A stretch of 64,000 nt of DNA from Amphiscolops sp. MND2022 (Eukaryota): NCBI GenBank assembly GCA_964187785.1, contig OZ076417.1, positions 20,770,001 to 20,834,000 of the forward strand, given 5' to 3'. Positions within the stretch are counted from its first letter, which is position 1. Each line of letters starts with the position of its first letter. Below the pieces are notes generated by a model, which was not told the DNA's origin, made no database searches, and was given only the letters and a program-made list of their open reading frames with translations. This document shows, in pieces, positions 11,503-25,300 of the stretch. The position numbers and the translations under genes are program-made.

Positions 11503-12400
11503 CTGCAACACAACAAACAACGCATCAAGAGGCACTTCAAAATTCCGTCTCGTTTAAAAGAACAACATTTACATATAAAACTCTTTGAGACCCGTATTAT
11601 CGAACAAAAGTCAAAAGGTAGAAAACCTTCAGATGATGCGAACTCCTCGATTGAAACTACGAGCAGAATAAAGATGTCTGTGTTGATTGGTTAATGTCTC
11701 ATTTCAACTCAGTACAAACTACATTTCAAACCGATATCAAACTGTGCTGTTTAAAGAAATTTTAAGCTGTTTTAAAAAAACTAGATTATTTAAACTCATT
11801 CGGTGATTTTTTGGTCAGATACTAGTTAACATAAAGCGTGTAGTTTTCAATTTCAGTTCAAACTCTGGTACTCCAGTTTTTTGTTCAAACGAAGGTCGAA
11901 ATTGTTTAACCGGTCAACCAGTGCGTGCTGCCTGAACCAGCGTGAACCATCGAAGTCGCGAAGAGACGCGCGCCCTGAACCATGTCAAGTACGCATAAAA
12001 AATCTGGTAATTTAGGAAACGAGTTTTAGTATTAGTCCTATTTCTGTGCGGTTTTCATTTTTTTAAAAAAATTAGTTCATTCATCTTTTAGAATAATAAA
12101 TATTGTACACTTTCAATATTATTCTGGGTTTTTGGTGCCCTTGTTAGTTCGCCACATATAAGTTAGTCCGTAAAACTTAGCCACATTTAAGTTAGCCACC
12201 ATATAAGTTCGCCATTAAAACATAAATTCAATTTCCATTGGCTGAAATGTGGGGAAGATGAACGTGGCGAACTTATTATATGGTGGCTAACATAAACGGA
12301 CACGGGGTTGGTTTTTAACTATTTCTGATAGTATTGAGCATAGTGTTTCCTCCCTCTCTCACTAATAGTGAACAAACTAGTGAATTATGTAGTGACAAAC

Positions 12401-12564
12401 CAGGTGACGATGGGGTCGGCGGCGTGATTGGGTCCGTACTTGCCCAGCAGACCCCTGCCTATCATGCCCGTGCGGCCGTTGGGGTTCAGGGGCACTCCTG
12501 TCACGGGGTGCAGCTGGTAGTCGCCCAGATACGACACCCTGTTGATCTCCACTGCTTTGTCCGG
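12401..12564 (-). CDS. NUDT9: ANK-NUDT9 gene exon 12
   Basis: ttgtag|CCG GAC...ACC TG|GTTTGT; 164 nt, phase 0-2; PLNPNGRTGMIGRGLLGKYGPNHAADPIVT matches NUDT9 NPxGRTGxxGRGLLGRWGPNHAADPI. Confidence 0.95.
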
Positions 12565-13144
12565 CTACAAACATCAACTCAACATAATTTGAGAATAATT
12601 TTAGATTGCCTGATGATATTGTCCCGAAGATATTAAATAGTCAATGGCCGTGAAATTCGCCTACCGTCATTTAGGTAATTTGCATCGCTGAGAATCGAAT
12701 AAAAGGCAGCGAATAATGACACATACGAATTACCCAAATGATTATGCATGTCTTCGGATCTCACAAATGAGGTCTCGCATACATTTGAAAAAAATCCAAA
12801 TTATCCGGATACGAATCAACCTGAGTCAACCGTATATAAAATAAGATATCTTTAAAGAGATATGAAATAAGATAACCGTATATAAAATGAAATGGACTGA
12901 AAGCGCCTGGTGACTTATAGGACAAAGTTACAAATCAGAATAATAAAGTAGAGACTCTTCACAACTCTTCACACATGTCTATAGATTCTTGATGTTTTCC
13001 CTGCTAGATATTTCAGTATCTTCAAAACTACGGGGTCGAGGAGGCTAAGAAAAAGAGTTGTGCTCAATCGAAATCTTGTATCCATTTGCAGAGCTAGGAA
13101 CACCCTTTTCACTTCCTTAAAAGAAAGTAGTCACAAGTACTAAC

Positions 13145-13250
13145 CCCGTGGTTGGGGTGATAGTTGTGAGAAGCCACTTTGTTGAACTGGAAATAATGTT
13201 CTCGGTCTTCTCTGAAACAGCATGAACGTAAAGCTGAACTTCGAGGTACG
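13145..13250 (-). CDS. NUDT9: ANK-NUDT9 gene exon 11
   Basis: catcag|C GTA...CAC GGG|GTTAGT; 106 nt, phase 2-0 bridges its neighbours; VPRSSALRSCCFREDREHYFQFNKVASHNYHPNHG contains the FN expected in NUDT9. Confidence 0.75.
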
Positions 13251-13597
13251 CTGATGCTATTAGATAGGTGTTGTTACAGTACGAAAAAGGAATACAAAAG
13301 GATGTTTTCAAGACAGGCTGATGTTTTCAGACGCTTAGACCGCTGATTTCAAAATCGCTATTTCGCTGAAAAAGGTTTTCAACTTTTTTTGCGAGAATTT
13401 TTCATACTGTGTGGGTTTTACAAAGGTAAGGTTGGAATTTCCGTGTATACTAAGAGGAATTTTTGAATTTGGAGAATCTATTAGTTGCAGCTAATTTGAA
13501 TCGTTGAAAAAAATTCTGCGCGGGCGCTAAATCGCTAATTAGCGGTGTCAAAACTGTTTTTGAAAAGACATCAAAGTGGCAAAAGGGGTAAAATATT

Positions 13598-13905
13598 ACA
13601 AGAAGCCCGCTAAGCACTGGGGTATTTTCCGCCTTGTTCTTCTTATTCTGTTTTTCTCCGCCAATTGCATTGTTTTCTGCATTATACCACCACATACCAC
13701 TGAGGTAGGTATGAAGGACTTGATGACTCATTTTCTCATTTGCCTCATGAAATATCTAATGATGATTTAACCCGATCTGCATCCACTACTTGACTATTTT
13801 AGTTACTTGACTATTTATGGAGATCGTGGAGATTTGAAAGGATTTAGAAAAACGCAACACAGATTATGATTTTCCTCCCTCATTATATGTGGGCGGAAAA
13901 TGAAA
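13598..13905 (-). mobile_element. HINE-like element family D
   Basis: acaagaagcccgctaagcactgggg end with tattttccgcc; inverted partner gggcggaaaa at 13891-13900. Confidence 0.5.
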
Positions 13906-13941
13906 AATATATAAACGTTCAACAAAAAGAGAGGAGCTAAC

Positions 13942-14123
13942 GCAGTCATGCCGTATATTTCGGGGTCTGCCCAAATGGGTGGGTAGTAGCACATGTTCTT
14001 CTCGTAGCCCCCGTCCTGTTCCACTCGATCAGCCAACTTCTTTGCGTTCTGCTCACCTTCTCTGCTCATCGTGTACAGCTCCAGGGCACTGAACATTATG
14101 GGTGCATAGCCTTCTAAAGGAAC
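13942..14123 (-). CDS. NUDT9: ANK-NUDT9 gene exon 10
   Basis: ctgcag|GTT CCT...ACT GC|GTTAGC; 182 nt, phase 0-2; ends YYPPIWADPEI (NUDT9 WADP motif). Confidence 0.85.
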
Positions 14124-14937
14124 CTGCAGAGAAACGAGAACGTGAGGCCCAAAAGGCTTCTTGACGCCAATAATTTTCCATTAAAATCTATTCATTATTA
14201 AAAAAATTATTCATGGCATTTTTGTTCTTCCAGTAAAACTTCGGAATCCTATGGAGAGCTTTTGGTCTTGATTTCATTCGCAATTTGAAAATCTAGTCGA
14301 TGTTATTGATACTTTGTAGTTGCTTAGATAATCTTAGAACGGATAGGTATTTAGCAGAAATCAAAGTGAAAAACAATAAACGAACACGCAACTTAGCACT
14401 CAAACTGAGCGTGGGCTCTCAGATAAATATGCTACGGATTGGTTTCCAAGAAAATTGCGAAAAACGTCACAAGACTGAAAACTCTCCAAGACTTTTAGAC
14501 TCAAAACTGAAAACAAAAAAACAATGGGAGGAAGCAATAGGGTGAAAAGTCGCACATTGCCAAAACAATATCAAAGGAGAGACCCATTGGTCTCACAGCT
14601 TTGTAACTTAGGTAGGGGTAACATGATGAAGAGGGACCCTTTGGTCGCTTTGAATGCACTTTAGATCTTGGGCGAAAATTAGAAATTTGCAGAACTATTT
14701 CGGTCACTTCGAGAGACTTGAAAAAAATATTTAAAAACCGAAGAACAGTCACTACAATAGTAGAGTTTTCATAGTAGGCGGTATTTAATACAGCACCGAC
14801 TAAGTACTTTTCTTAAGTAGTTGCAATACATAAAAGTTTGTTCGAAAAATATGAGATTGTAGCAATGCCACTACGCTGTATGATTCTAAAAGGACTCAAA
14901 GAAGACAGAGGAACTCTTAAAAAGTAGCAACACTTAC

Positions 14938-15107
14938 ATTCCAGGGTCGTTTATCGTGGGGCACGGGAAACCGGGCAAGGTATTTGCTGTTTTTTAGCAA
15001 GACAGGCACCTCGCAAGCAGGGCCAGTAGATTGAGATGCTCCTTTCGTTGATTCCTTTTTCTTCTTCGAATCCTTTCTCCCAGCCGTGGGCGAGTCTGTC
15101 ACCATAC
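14938..15107 (-). CDS. NUDT9: ANK-NUDT9 gene exon 9 (start of NUDT9 domain)
   Basis: ttacag|GT ATG GTG...TGG AAT|GTAAGT; 170 nt, phase 1-0; RFPVPHDKRPW resembles the NUDT9 N-terminal RxxVPxxKxxW segment. Confidence 0.88.
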
Positions 15108-18100
15108 CTGTAACACATGCATCTTCAGTTATACTCATTAATGACATGTTATGACTCATTATAACAAGCCGGCTACGGCCCAAGTTCGCGCCCCGCTCAA
15201 TCTTCAAAAGGGTAACGTTTCTTGAATATGCAAGGGACACTTTTGTCAAAAGTATATTAAATTCACAGTGCCCAAAAAGACCAAAAAGGATATGCATAAG
15301 ACTCGAACACAGTTTTTCTCTGACTTGAAACATCAAATAGATTTTTGGAAAAAAAATTCGAGAAACTTTTTTCTTCGGGCAAAAGTCTCATAGTGCCGAA
15401 AAAGCTTTACGCTCGCCAAACGCTTTTTTCAGGCCGAAAACATTCATCAAAGTACCCTTTGACCGAGTGAAAATTGTACCGAAAAAAATGCACTGTCGAA
15501 AAAAACGTAGATCTCTGTTCCGCAATCATTGACAAAACTCATCAGTTCCACAGGATCAAAAAAATTCCAAGAAAGTCTCACTGCGCCGACTAAAAACAGG
15601 GAACTAAGCACAATTCAACACTTCGTCGGCTGGAACTGGAACAAGACCATCGCTAAGTATCTGGATATTTTCGACCCTGGATTGTTTGAGCAACATGCAT
15701 TTATCAAAATTGTTCGAATCTTGCACAAAAAGTTCAAAATTGCCAATTCACTTCAGTGAAGTGAAATTTTTTTCTTCAAAAATTTCAGATTTAGCCATGA
15801 ACATAAAATTTTTAGCGTAAAATCATAAGTAATGAAACACTACCATAGAGCTCTTTACAAGCTTCCGAAAACTAGGAGAACGCAACGCGGAATTGAGCAA
15901 GTGTGCATTTGAAAATTCTAAATACTAAAATTCTAAAACACTGTAAAAAAAACTTCAATAAGAAGCGGCAGTTGCAATAAAGTACAACTTTATAACAATG
16001 ACTGCGTAAAAAGTATTGAAAAACAACAATTTTTCTTAAAGTAGAAGTTTCTTCGACTTTCATTGAGATTTTTGCTTCAAATTCCTGTGAGCAGTATTTG
16101 AAAATATGGAAAATCCCAATTTAGGCCTAGATAATTCAAATAGCATTTTTTTTCTAAATTTTGACAAAGTTTCAACGCAAAAACAAAAAAATCTCATTCA
16201 GGGAAATTTTGAGCGTATTTTTTTTCCGAAATTACCCTAAAAACCTAAAAGAAATGATTTTTGGATGTGATCGAGGCAATAAAATTTGAGAATCAATGTC
16301 TAATCAGCCAATGAGATTTTAGAATCGCTGTGACTTCGCGCTGCTCGGTCGCATTCTTTTAGAAGACAACTGTAGATATAATAAAGATCAACTAGATCAA
16401 CTGTCTCAGTTAGAATCAAGTCCGAAAAAAAAGAATTGCTGCTCACGCGGGAGTTTTGAGACATGGCGGCTAGTACAGCAAGTGTCAGTAAACATCCACA
16501 CTTCAGTATGGCAAGTATACACATGGGCGGAAAAACTGCTCCGTTATTCCGAAACGTCAGTGTCCCGAAAATGAATTCACGTTCCATTTCGAAAAAAATG
16601 AAAATCAATTTATAGCCTAATTTTACATTGTTTAGGGCGTAATTTTACACAAAACCAAACCTTGCCAAGCTTTACCAGCTGATGAACTGTAAATTTATCT
16701 AAAATTTGCCGAAAAATACAAGAAACTTCCCGCAACTATCTCAATGAATGATACGTTTGACTTATGTTCTTCCTTTTTGTTACAGTTTATAAGCTTTGAT
16801 TTCAAGGCAAGAGACCTAATAATTAACCTCTTCTTCTGTTGATTGACTGAAATTCGATATACAGTTAGATTGAATCTAATTGTGAATTCACTTTCGGACT
16901 AATGAACAGCAAGCAGTCGGAAAAATTATCAAACGGAATTCCTGTTCGAGCGTGTGATCAGCAGTTGTTCCAGGTGACTTGATGTGGATGAAAAACTTGA
17001 TATTCATTGGCCCAAAAATTTTCAAAAATCCAAATAACTCTGAGCAGACATTGATTTCTTTTGCCTTTAAAGCGCCCATGGTATCCGAAAAAGCGTCGTT
17101 TTAGAAAAGCAGAACTGCGGCGTCCACCCCGTGGAATTGGGGACATTAACTTTCTTCTTTAAGTTAGAGGTAACAAAAGTTGGGCCCGAATTCAAACATA
17201 CTCCTCAATCAATGACTTGACACATATCACTTGAAGAAGTTTCAAATTCTCGGGTTCCGGAAGTTTAATGAAACAATTACGGATGAAACATGGATCAACT
17301 TTTTCTTTTGTGAAAAACTGAAAGCTGCAAAAGTCGGGTCGTGGAGCGAAATTGCGAAGTAGTCAGATAATGCAGACAGGCTCGAAAACAGTAAATACGT
17401 TGTACTTGCAGTCTCGTATATATTCAATTTTGGTTCAGCTGTCGTTTGAAAAACAGCAGTATTTTTACTTAGAAAATTTTTAAAGTTGCAAGTTTGCAAA
17501 AAGTCCCCAATGAAAAACAATTGAAATGATTTGAATACCTTCAGATATGAGTGATTCTGTAAAGCAATGAACAGATCAAATTTCAAAAAGGTTATCACTT
17601 AAACACAGATCAGAGGATTAGGCATTAGTAATTGGTTAACATGCTTTTAAGTGAATGAAGGTAGTGATTCGAAATCAATTACGAAACCATACAAACATTT
17701 AGGTCTTCATTAGAGATAGCACACATTACACAATAGGTCGAAGTGTTCAGTCTTTCAGTATTTGACCACAAAACTGCTTATCAGTACACATCAGAACGAA
17801 ACCAAAGCAAAACGGTCAAATTTGATATGATTAATGCCAGCGAAAAACAAACTTTTCTGCCTATATTTTAACAAATAGTGAATATTTATTCTCAGCCACC
17901 GGGTTTTTATTCACAGGAATTAGGAGTATTTTCCCTAGCCAGTAACCCTGACGATAGCCATGTTTATTGTTGTAATGAAACAAATTGCCGTCTATCTTAT
18001 GCTTATAACTAGCCCATATGCTTATAATTCACTTTCACAAATGATTTACACAATACCCCTGTGCTCCTACCAATACCCATGTGTTTCCCATTCAAACCGA

Positions 18101-18217
18101 GTCTGTTGAAAGTCTTACATGCCCCAGACGTCTGTCTAAAAAGTTCTCATGGTCTGCAAAACTACCAATTACCAAGAGCTAGAACGTGCAAAACAAGTTG
18201 ACTGAAGTTACAATTTA

Positions 18218-18816
18218 AACAAGACGGGAACGTCTAAAGTCGGCGCTATATCTAAGCATCAAAAAGTGCAGCTTTTAAAATGTGCGAAGGACGTTCTCAT
18301 GAAAAACTCTTCTTCGAACCTCCTCCTTAGTAAAACGCAATAAAGTTCGGATATAACGTCAGAAACTCGGATATACCGCTTTATTCCGTCAAAATTTCGG
18401 ATAGTATTGAAAAAATATTTGTGGGTATATATTGAGAATACTAAACCAATTTCAGATTAAAAAAGAATTTTGAAACAGTCTCGTACTGGCGAAAAACTTG
18501 AAAGGGGAGACCCTTTGTGCTTTTTGAAACTCCAGTTTGCTGCACAAGATCAAAAAAATTGAAGGGAGGACCATTTGAAGACAAAAAAATTCAAAAGGGT
18601 TGACCCTATAATCTCGCCCGGTTTTGTATTTTACGTTGAAAATGGAATAAATGAAAGGGACCCTTTGCACTAACTTAGATGCGTTTCCGCTTGCCGGTCC
18701 AGTAGTTTAGTAGTTCTGTCAAACGTGTCAACTACGCATACATTCTGTAGTTTGACGGAAAAAACTAGTCACTGCAATAGTCGGGCTTTTTTTCTTAAAA
18801 ATGCGCCGACTGAAAA
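18218..18816 (-). mobile_element. HINE-like element family A (many more copies, e.g. about 28470-28950, 29579-30222, 41540-42192, 50264-50884, 51325-51663, 53744-54433)
   Basis: Subterminal inverted repeat agtcggcgc/gcgccgact, T-run at the 5' end, 3' hairpin agacg-ttcc-cgtct then ttgtt; internal modules aaaggg..ccctttgg and tcgcatagtgccgaaaa. Confidence 0.7.
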
Positions 18817-21800
18817 TAGCCCCTGCGGGTATAGCATTATTTCTGCTTTTAGGCATTCATGTTCAATAATAGAATCATATTTGGAATAACTAAACACTCC
18901 TGTTTAATCATTATATAGCGCACAATTAATCACTGTACCAGTTTACACCGCCTTTAATTCTTCTCGGACTAAAGAAAATATAACTACTAAGCGTAGACAA
19001 GTTTCGTATTCGCATTTGAATGCAGGCGAAGCTCTCGGCGGACGAATAATTACCACTCGTTCGCTACATCGCACGAGAAACGAATTGTAGTCGGCAGCTT
19101 GAGAAATGTAAAACTCACGCTTACACTCACTGCCGAACAAAATATCTGAATTTTTCAGTAGGTACTCGTATCGCTAACAAGAGGTGACTGAAAAAAAAGT
19201 TGCATAGTTCAGATTTCTATATTATTCCTGCTATCACAGAAATTTAAAAAAACGATGAGGGAACGGCCCAAGTCAGTGCCCGCTCAAGGCTGAAAAACAG
19301 CAGTCTGTTGAACATGCAAAGGAAAACTACTGTAAAATTCTCATCAATCTTACAGTGCCGAAAACGTCCGCAAGGATCACCCGTTGGTCTCGTTCACGCA
19401 TGAGAAAACGTTGTACATCCCGGGATTCAATCCACGAACCCCGGCTTCGCAGTCATGCACTCTATCCTTAAGAACAGGTGACGTGGAACCGACATGAAGT
19501 GAAATTAAAGAATGTTCAATAGAATCTGTCAGTTTACTGGTCTTTTAAAAAGCCACTACTATGATCTGCGTTTAACAGAAGCGCCGACTACAAATCGGAG
19601 TTTAAAAGAATGACCCTTTTCAAAAAAGACCCTTTCAGAAAATTTTCAAACCGTTCTACCTATCAACAAGCTGAGAGCACTTCAAAGTCGGCTCAAACAA
19701 TGTATGAAATTTTCATATCTGCCGATTTTTCCATTTCGTCGCATTTTAGTCTGTTTTGTGTTTGGAATATACGAATGTTTAATCTTTATGAAGGTGGGTA
19801 CTCAATGATCTAGTTTCAAAGAAGTGCCAAAAAATATAGAGGAAACAGTTCAAATTACTCTAAACTAAAATAAAAACACTGCACACTAAGTACCAAAATC
19901 AGTCTTTGATCGATTAAAGAAACTATCAAGATAATTTTGAGCCCCATGACGGCCTGTTACAGTGCTTGGAAGAAACAGATCGTGACAAAATTAACACAGA
20001 GGCGAAACCGTGCTTCGCAAACACTTGCGAAGAAAGTTGCGAACTTTTGAAGAAACCCAAATAAGCAATATCATACGGAGAGCCAAGGGTAAAAGGACAT
20101 TATTGTTAAAATTTCATCAATTTTACGCCAAAAAATCCCGAAGGGATACACATAAATCTCGAAAACAATTCTTCTCCAACTGGAAACAACAGAAAACCCA
20201 TCTTTCTCAACCGTAAACCTTAAAAAAAAAACAGAAAATTGAGGGAAAAAAATTTCGAATTTTTTTATGAAGGTCTCCGGCAAGTCGCATAGTGCCGAAA
20301 ACCTTTAGTAGTGCTTTATGCTCGCAAAACGTTTCGTTTCTAGTAAAAATGGAGAAGGCTTCGATGAAAACAAATTAGAAAAAAAGTCGCATAGAAAAAA
20401 CAGCGGTCTTTAAAAAAAATCGGATATAGCGTGCTGGGCCTGAGAAAATCTAATTTTAAGACAAAAATTATTCGATTTGAAAAATCTCACAATGCCGAAA
20501 ACTGTAAAAGGGGGCACTTTGAGATTTTTTTAACATCCATTCTGTTGCAAAATTTCAAAAAAAATTGAAGCGAGACTTGAAAAATTTTCAAAAAAAACAA
20601 AATGAGAATTTTCAACAGTCTCAGTGCCGAAAAATCTGAAAGAAGGGACCCTTTGGGATTTTTTAACATTCGTTCTGTTGCAAAATACCAAAAAAATGAA
20701 GGGAGGAATCTTTGGTGACATGAAATAAAATGCGAAAAAAAGTCACAAAGCCGAAATAACATGCACAAAAAATTTTGGTCAAGGGCGAGACTCGAACCCA
20801 CGTCCTTCTGCTTGGCAGACCTCAAAAAATCCTAATTAACCTTATGACAAGTGCCAGAAGTTGCGACTTGCACGGCCACAAATTCAGACTATGCGACTTG
20901 CAGTCTGAAACGAGAGAGTTGTCGCGCGGAAAAAAAAGCACCCGCACTTTCCCATAACACTTGCTTATCGCAAGTGTAATGAAAGTAAGTAAAATTGAGG
21001 AAGTATCATTATGAAGTTTTATTGATTTTTAGGAAGCTACTGATGGTAAAGATTGCGCCATTTTGAGCCAATGATTTTCAATGGAAGGGAGAACTACTAT
21101 AAACAAAGGTTCGCAAAAGCAGCACTTGACGAAGTGTGGAAAATGTATTGAAGAAGAGCTATGCGAAGCAGGTGTAAACGTGTTCACATTGCTGGAACTC
21201 TCCTAAGTTCAAATATATACAAAATTAGAACATTATAACGAATCTCAAACTAAGCCAAAATGATGCTGAAACTACGGCTGCACCAGAACTGGAATATTCT
21301 TCGACGTACCTATTCTCAGTTCCGAGAAACAAATCCAAAATATAAGAAAATCGATTTTTTTTTCAATTTTCAAAGTTATGTCTGTCGTCAAAAAATTCAT
21401 TTTTCAAAATTTTTTAAACCAAAGCCAGGAAGATTTCAAGGCGGTGACCTTTTTCAGTAGCCAGGGATTCAGTAACTCGATCGAACCAAGGTTTGAGACA
21501 TTTGGCGGAGGAGAACAATTGATTTTAAAAAGTCTGACAATGAGAAGAAATGTAAACGAATGGTACTTATCGCAGCGCAGCACTTATGGTAACAAAAATC
21601 AAATTACTGAGAAGGAGTTACACTTTTTGGCACATGGACATTTTGCAAAGATTGCTCGAAAATGCGTAAGTACGTTTCTCTTCCTCATTTCTAAATTAAC
21701 CTCAAACAAACTAGAGTAATGAAACGAAGTCGCCTGGATGCGTTGTAAATGAATTACGATGTTGCGAAAATACTGGAAAAATACGCAGAGAGTCGAGTCT

Positions 21801-22266
21801 AGAGAAAAGCTAGTGACTGTAAAGGCTGAAACTTTTTCAAGTTGAAAACGTAAAGAGTAAAGGAGTGAAGAATCAGAAACTGTGAGAGGTTCAAAAAAAC
21901 CTCAGATCAGTTTGTTTTTTACTCTCTGATCACCAAAAACAGCAGGAATGAATTTTTCAAGGAATGAATCAAGCAAATGGATCATGCACTATTGATACTG
22001 TGAGTTACGGAGTCCTTTTCCAAAAAACCGGTTTCAAAAACAAACGGGGTTCAACAGAATCAACTTGGAAATCGCTATCACCCCCAGAAGCAGAGCTGAA
22101 CAAAAGAATAGACTAATTCACAGCTCAAAGTACAGGAAACGCTCCAAATCTGAACGTTGTTGAGCCAAAAACACGAAGATTTTCGAATATTCAGTCGCCG
22201 AAAAGAGAAAAATCTTTCGCAAGTTTACAGAATATAATTTACTAACGTCTTCGGCGCATTGTTGAA

Positions 22267-22320
22267 GTACTGCCAGAGAGGTCTCTACTGTAGGTACTGC
22301 CAGAGAGGTCTCTACTGTAG
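22267..22320. repeat. 27-bp perfect tandem duplication
   Basis: gtactgccagagaggtctctactgtag twice with no spacer. Confidence 0.9.
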
Positions 22321-25300
22321 GTACAGCTACAATTTGGTTGCATCAACGCACTATTTGCGCCCAATATACACCCACTGTGATTGCTGAAGTATCTTATTTG
22401 TACGTAGGGCAATATGTGCGATGTGTTAGTAATGACTAAGCGAGAGGCATGTCTGTAGACTATAGATGAGGAGAAAGAGCGAAAGCACAAATATTTGTTC
22501 AAGGGTTCGAATCCGCGAAACGTCAACTTTGTTTCAGTGTTTAGAGAGGTTGCAATAAGTTTGTGGTGAAATCGGTACATCAATTGATTTGCGTTGAGCT
22601 ACGGGTGATTCAACAGCGAGTTCTCAATTATCCGGTAGGGGGCTACTCTAACTTTTACTGTCTTCTCTGATATTACCAAATTCAACAAAACTTCTAGGCA
22701 ACTGACATAGACTTGGAAACTTGGATAAAAAAATCATGACAAAAAGAGTTTCTGACAACGTCAGTTTCAAGCAATTCTGATGAAAGATTTGTTGAATAAA
22801 AGCAGATTTCGATAACTTGGTAAATATTTCTAGAAGCAAAAATTTGGAAAATCGAGAACTGACTGGGTAATTGGACGAAATTAGTTACCAATGTTACTTT
22901 GTAGGCTCAATTTCAAGACATTTCCAGTCTGAAAATAATAAGAATCTTCAATTCATTGCTTACAACGAGCACTTAATTTATTTGATTCAATGGCATTTCG
23001 TGGATTCGAGTTAGCGCAAAACGAAAACCGAATGCTAACAAAATAAGCAGAATTGAGGCTTCGTGAACATAATACAATGGTTCACATATGCAAAGTCCCG
23101 AAAAAAATTGAGGCAATATCGAGCCGAAAACGCACCGAAATAAATCAAGAGAAAGATTTTCCGATTAACATACTATTACTGAGAACTTTTTTGGAAACGG
23201 TTGTCAACTTTACCTACAAAAAAACGTACAACATAGAACATTCCGGGACCGGCCCAAGTCGGCGACCGAGCAAGGCTCGAAATGCCAAAAGGTCTTTGAA
23301 AAAAGGTCTTTGTTGTTTTTCCTGAATTTTCCCTCAAAAACCTCACTGTCCGGAAAAAAATTCAGAAATGAAAGGTTTGGATTCTTTCCGATGCCATATG
23401 AGTGCAAAATATTTAACTTCTCGAAAGTTTCTCGGAAAAAACATTGTGATGTCAAGAAGGAACCAAATGGTTTTCAGGATTTTTTGGCCAGGTCCACACT
23501 ATGGTTTTATTCAAAATTTTTAGTTAGAGGCCGACTTTAGACATTCCGTCTTCTTTGTTGCTCAGATACATTGCTTTACGTATATAAAAAGCCGGGGGAC
23601 CGGACAAAGTCGGCGCTCCGATCAAGTTTCAAAAACCAAGATTTTTAAATATGCAAAGGACACTATTGTTGAAATTTAATGAATTTTTCAGTGCCAAAAA
23701 ACACCCGAAGGGATACGCATATGATTCGAAAACCATTTTCCCCAACTGGAAACAAAAACATTTTTCAAAAATTCGTTTTTCCGGAAAAGTCTGTGCCGGA
23801 AAATGAAATTTCATCTCCAAAAACTACCTTTTCTCGGGTCGAAAGCCGCTATGAAAGCGGGAGGGTTTGACCAAATGAAAGTTTCTGGAAAAACGCACAG
23901 AGCCAAAAAAGCGCTAGCAATTTTTTCCGAACTTTTCGTTTGGAAAAGTCTCATTGCCGAAAACAGACCTTCCAGCTCGCAAAACTCTTTTCAAGCCGAA
24001 ATTAGCTATGAAGGCGAGGGTGTCCCCTTCGACCAAATGAAAGCTTCGGGAAAAAAGCCGCACAGATCCGAAAAAAGGTGAAAAAAGCCTTTTCCACAAT
24101 TATTAAAGAAACTTATCAAATCCACAGGATCAAAAAGTTACCCTCAAGACTCGGGAAAATTTTTTATTCACAGAACCCCTCAAAAAACCAAAAATTGTGC
24201 AAAAGCATTTCAATTTTTTACCTCCTTAAGTAGCATTGTGCCGAAAAACCCAAAGTGGCCATCTATCCTCGCAAAACGCAAATCGCATAGTGCCGAAAAC
24301 AATTCTAAATGAGGGACCCTTTGGTCAACTTTTGCGAACATAAAAAAAATTCGTTCAGAGCAAGACTCGAACCCACGCACTCCTGCTTCTTCTAGGCAGG
24401 CCAAGGGGCAGTGAGAAGTTACTAACTTTAAAGTTTAACTTGTAGAACTATTTTGGCTGGTTCAGGTGTATCGAAAAAAAACTAACGAAAAGTCATGACT
24501 ATAGTCGACTAAAAACGGGAGTATTTGTTTCAAGTCTTAGAGCAGGAAAACATTCTACGTGCTTAACTGCATACCAAATAGAAACAATGTGTGATTCAGT
24601 AACAACTATAGCCTCGGACGGGTCGCAACGATGATGTTCTATTCCGAAGGACGCTAAAAGCGAAAAACTATATGCCCTTCTAATACAATGGGGCTGATCG
24701 ATGGCTGACTTTGATAAGCGCGTTGCCATCACAAATGGCCTACCCTGTATAACAACCAGAGCCGCATGTGCGGTAAAGGAGTTGAAAAGAGATTACGATA
24801 CACAAAAACAAATTATGTATTTGTCTTTTGGCCATTTTTGGACAACTTTTGGCTGTTTCTCAGATTCCAGTAATACGATTACGGATCCATTGCACACGCA
24901 GGAGCACCTTTGGATGTCGAATGACTGTGCTAATAATTTAAAAAAATCGAATGGACAGTTTGAGAAAATTGAAATTTTTATTGAAAGGTCATAAGGTACT
25001 AAGAAAAGGTAAGAGTGCATAAGTAGTCGAAAATTTTTCGAACTCCTTAAAACGCTAACAAAAGGGCTTGGCCAATTCTGTTATATTTGAAAATTTAATG
25101 ATTAAGCATCTCAAGATACCAACAACAGAAAAATTTCGCAACAATTTAACCATAGAGTTCCTCATCTTAACAACGGAAAGCAAAGTCGGAAATTAAGGAA
25201 ATTTTAAAATGAAAATGAAAGATTAAGAATATTGCAATATTGTTATTGCTGTGAAACCTTGGAAAATTTGGAATCATAAGAATTACACCATTCAAATTAA

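Noticed and set aside
22267-22320. Direct repeats as a possible CRISPR-like array
   Set aside because: Two adjacent units with no spacer, no cas genes, eukaryotic context.
15300-25100. Many 60-120-aa ORFs in the track (also 40100-43100 and 48200-54400)
   Set aside because: F/K-rich translations of AT-rich repeat families without splice-consistent or domain support.
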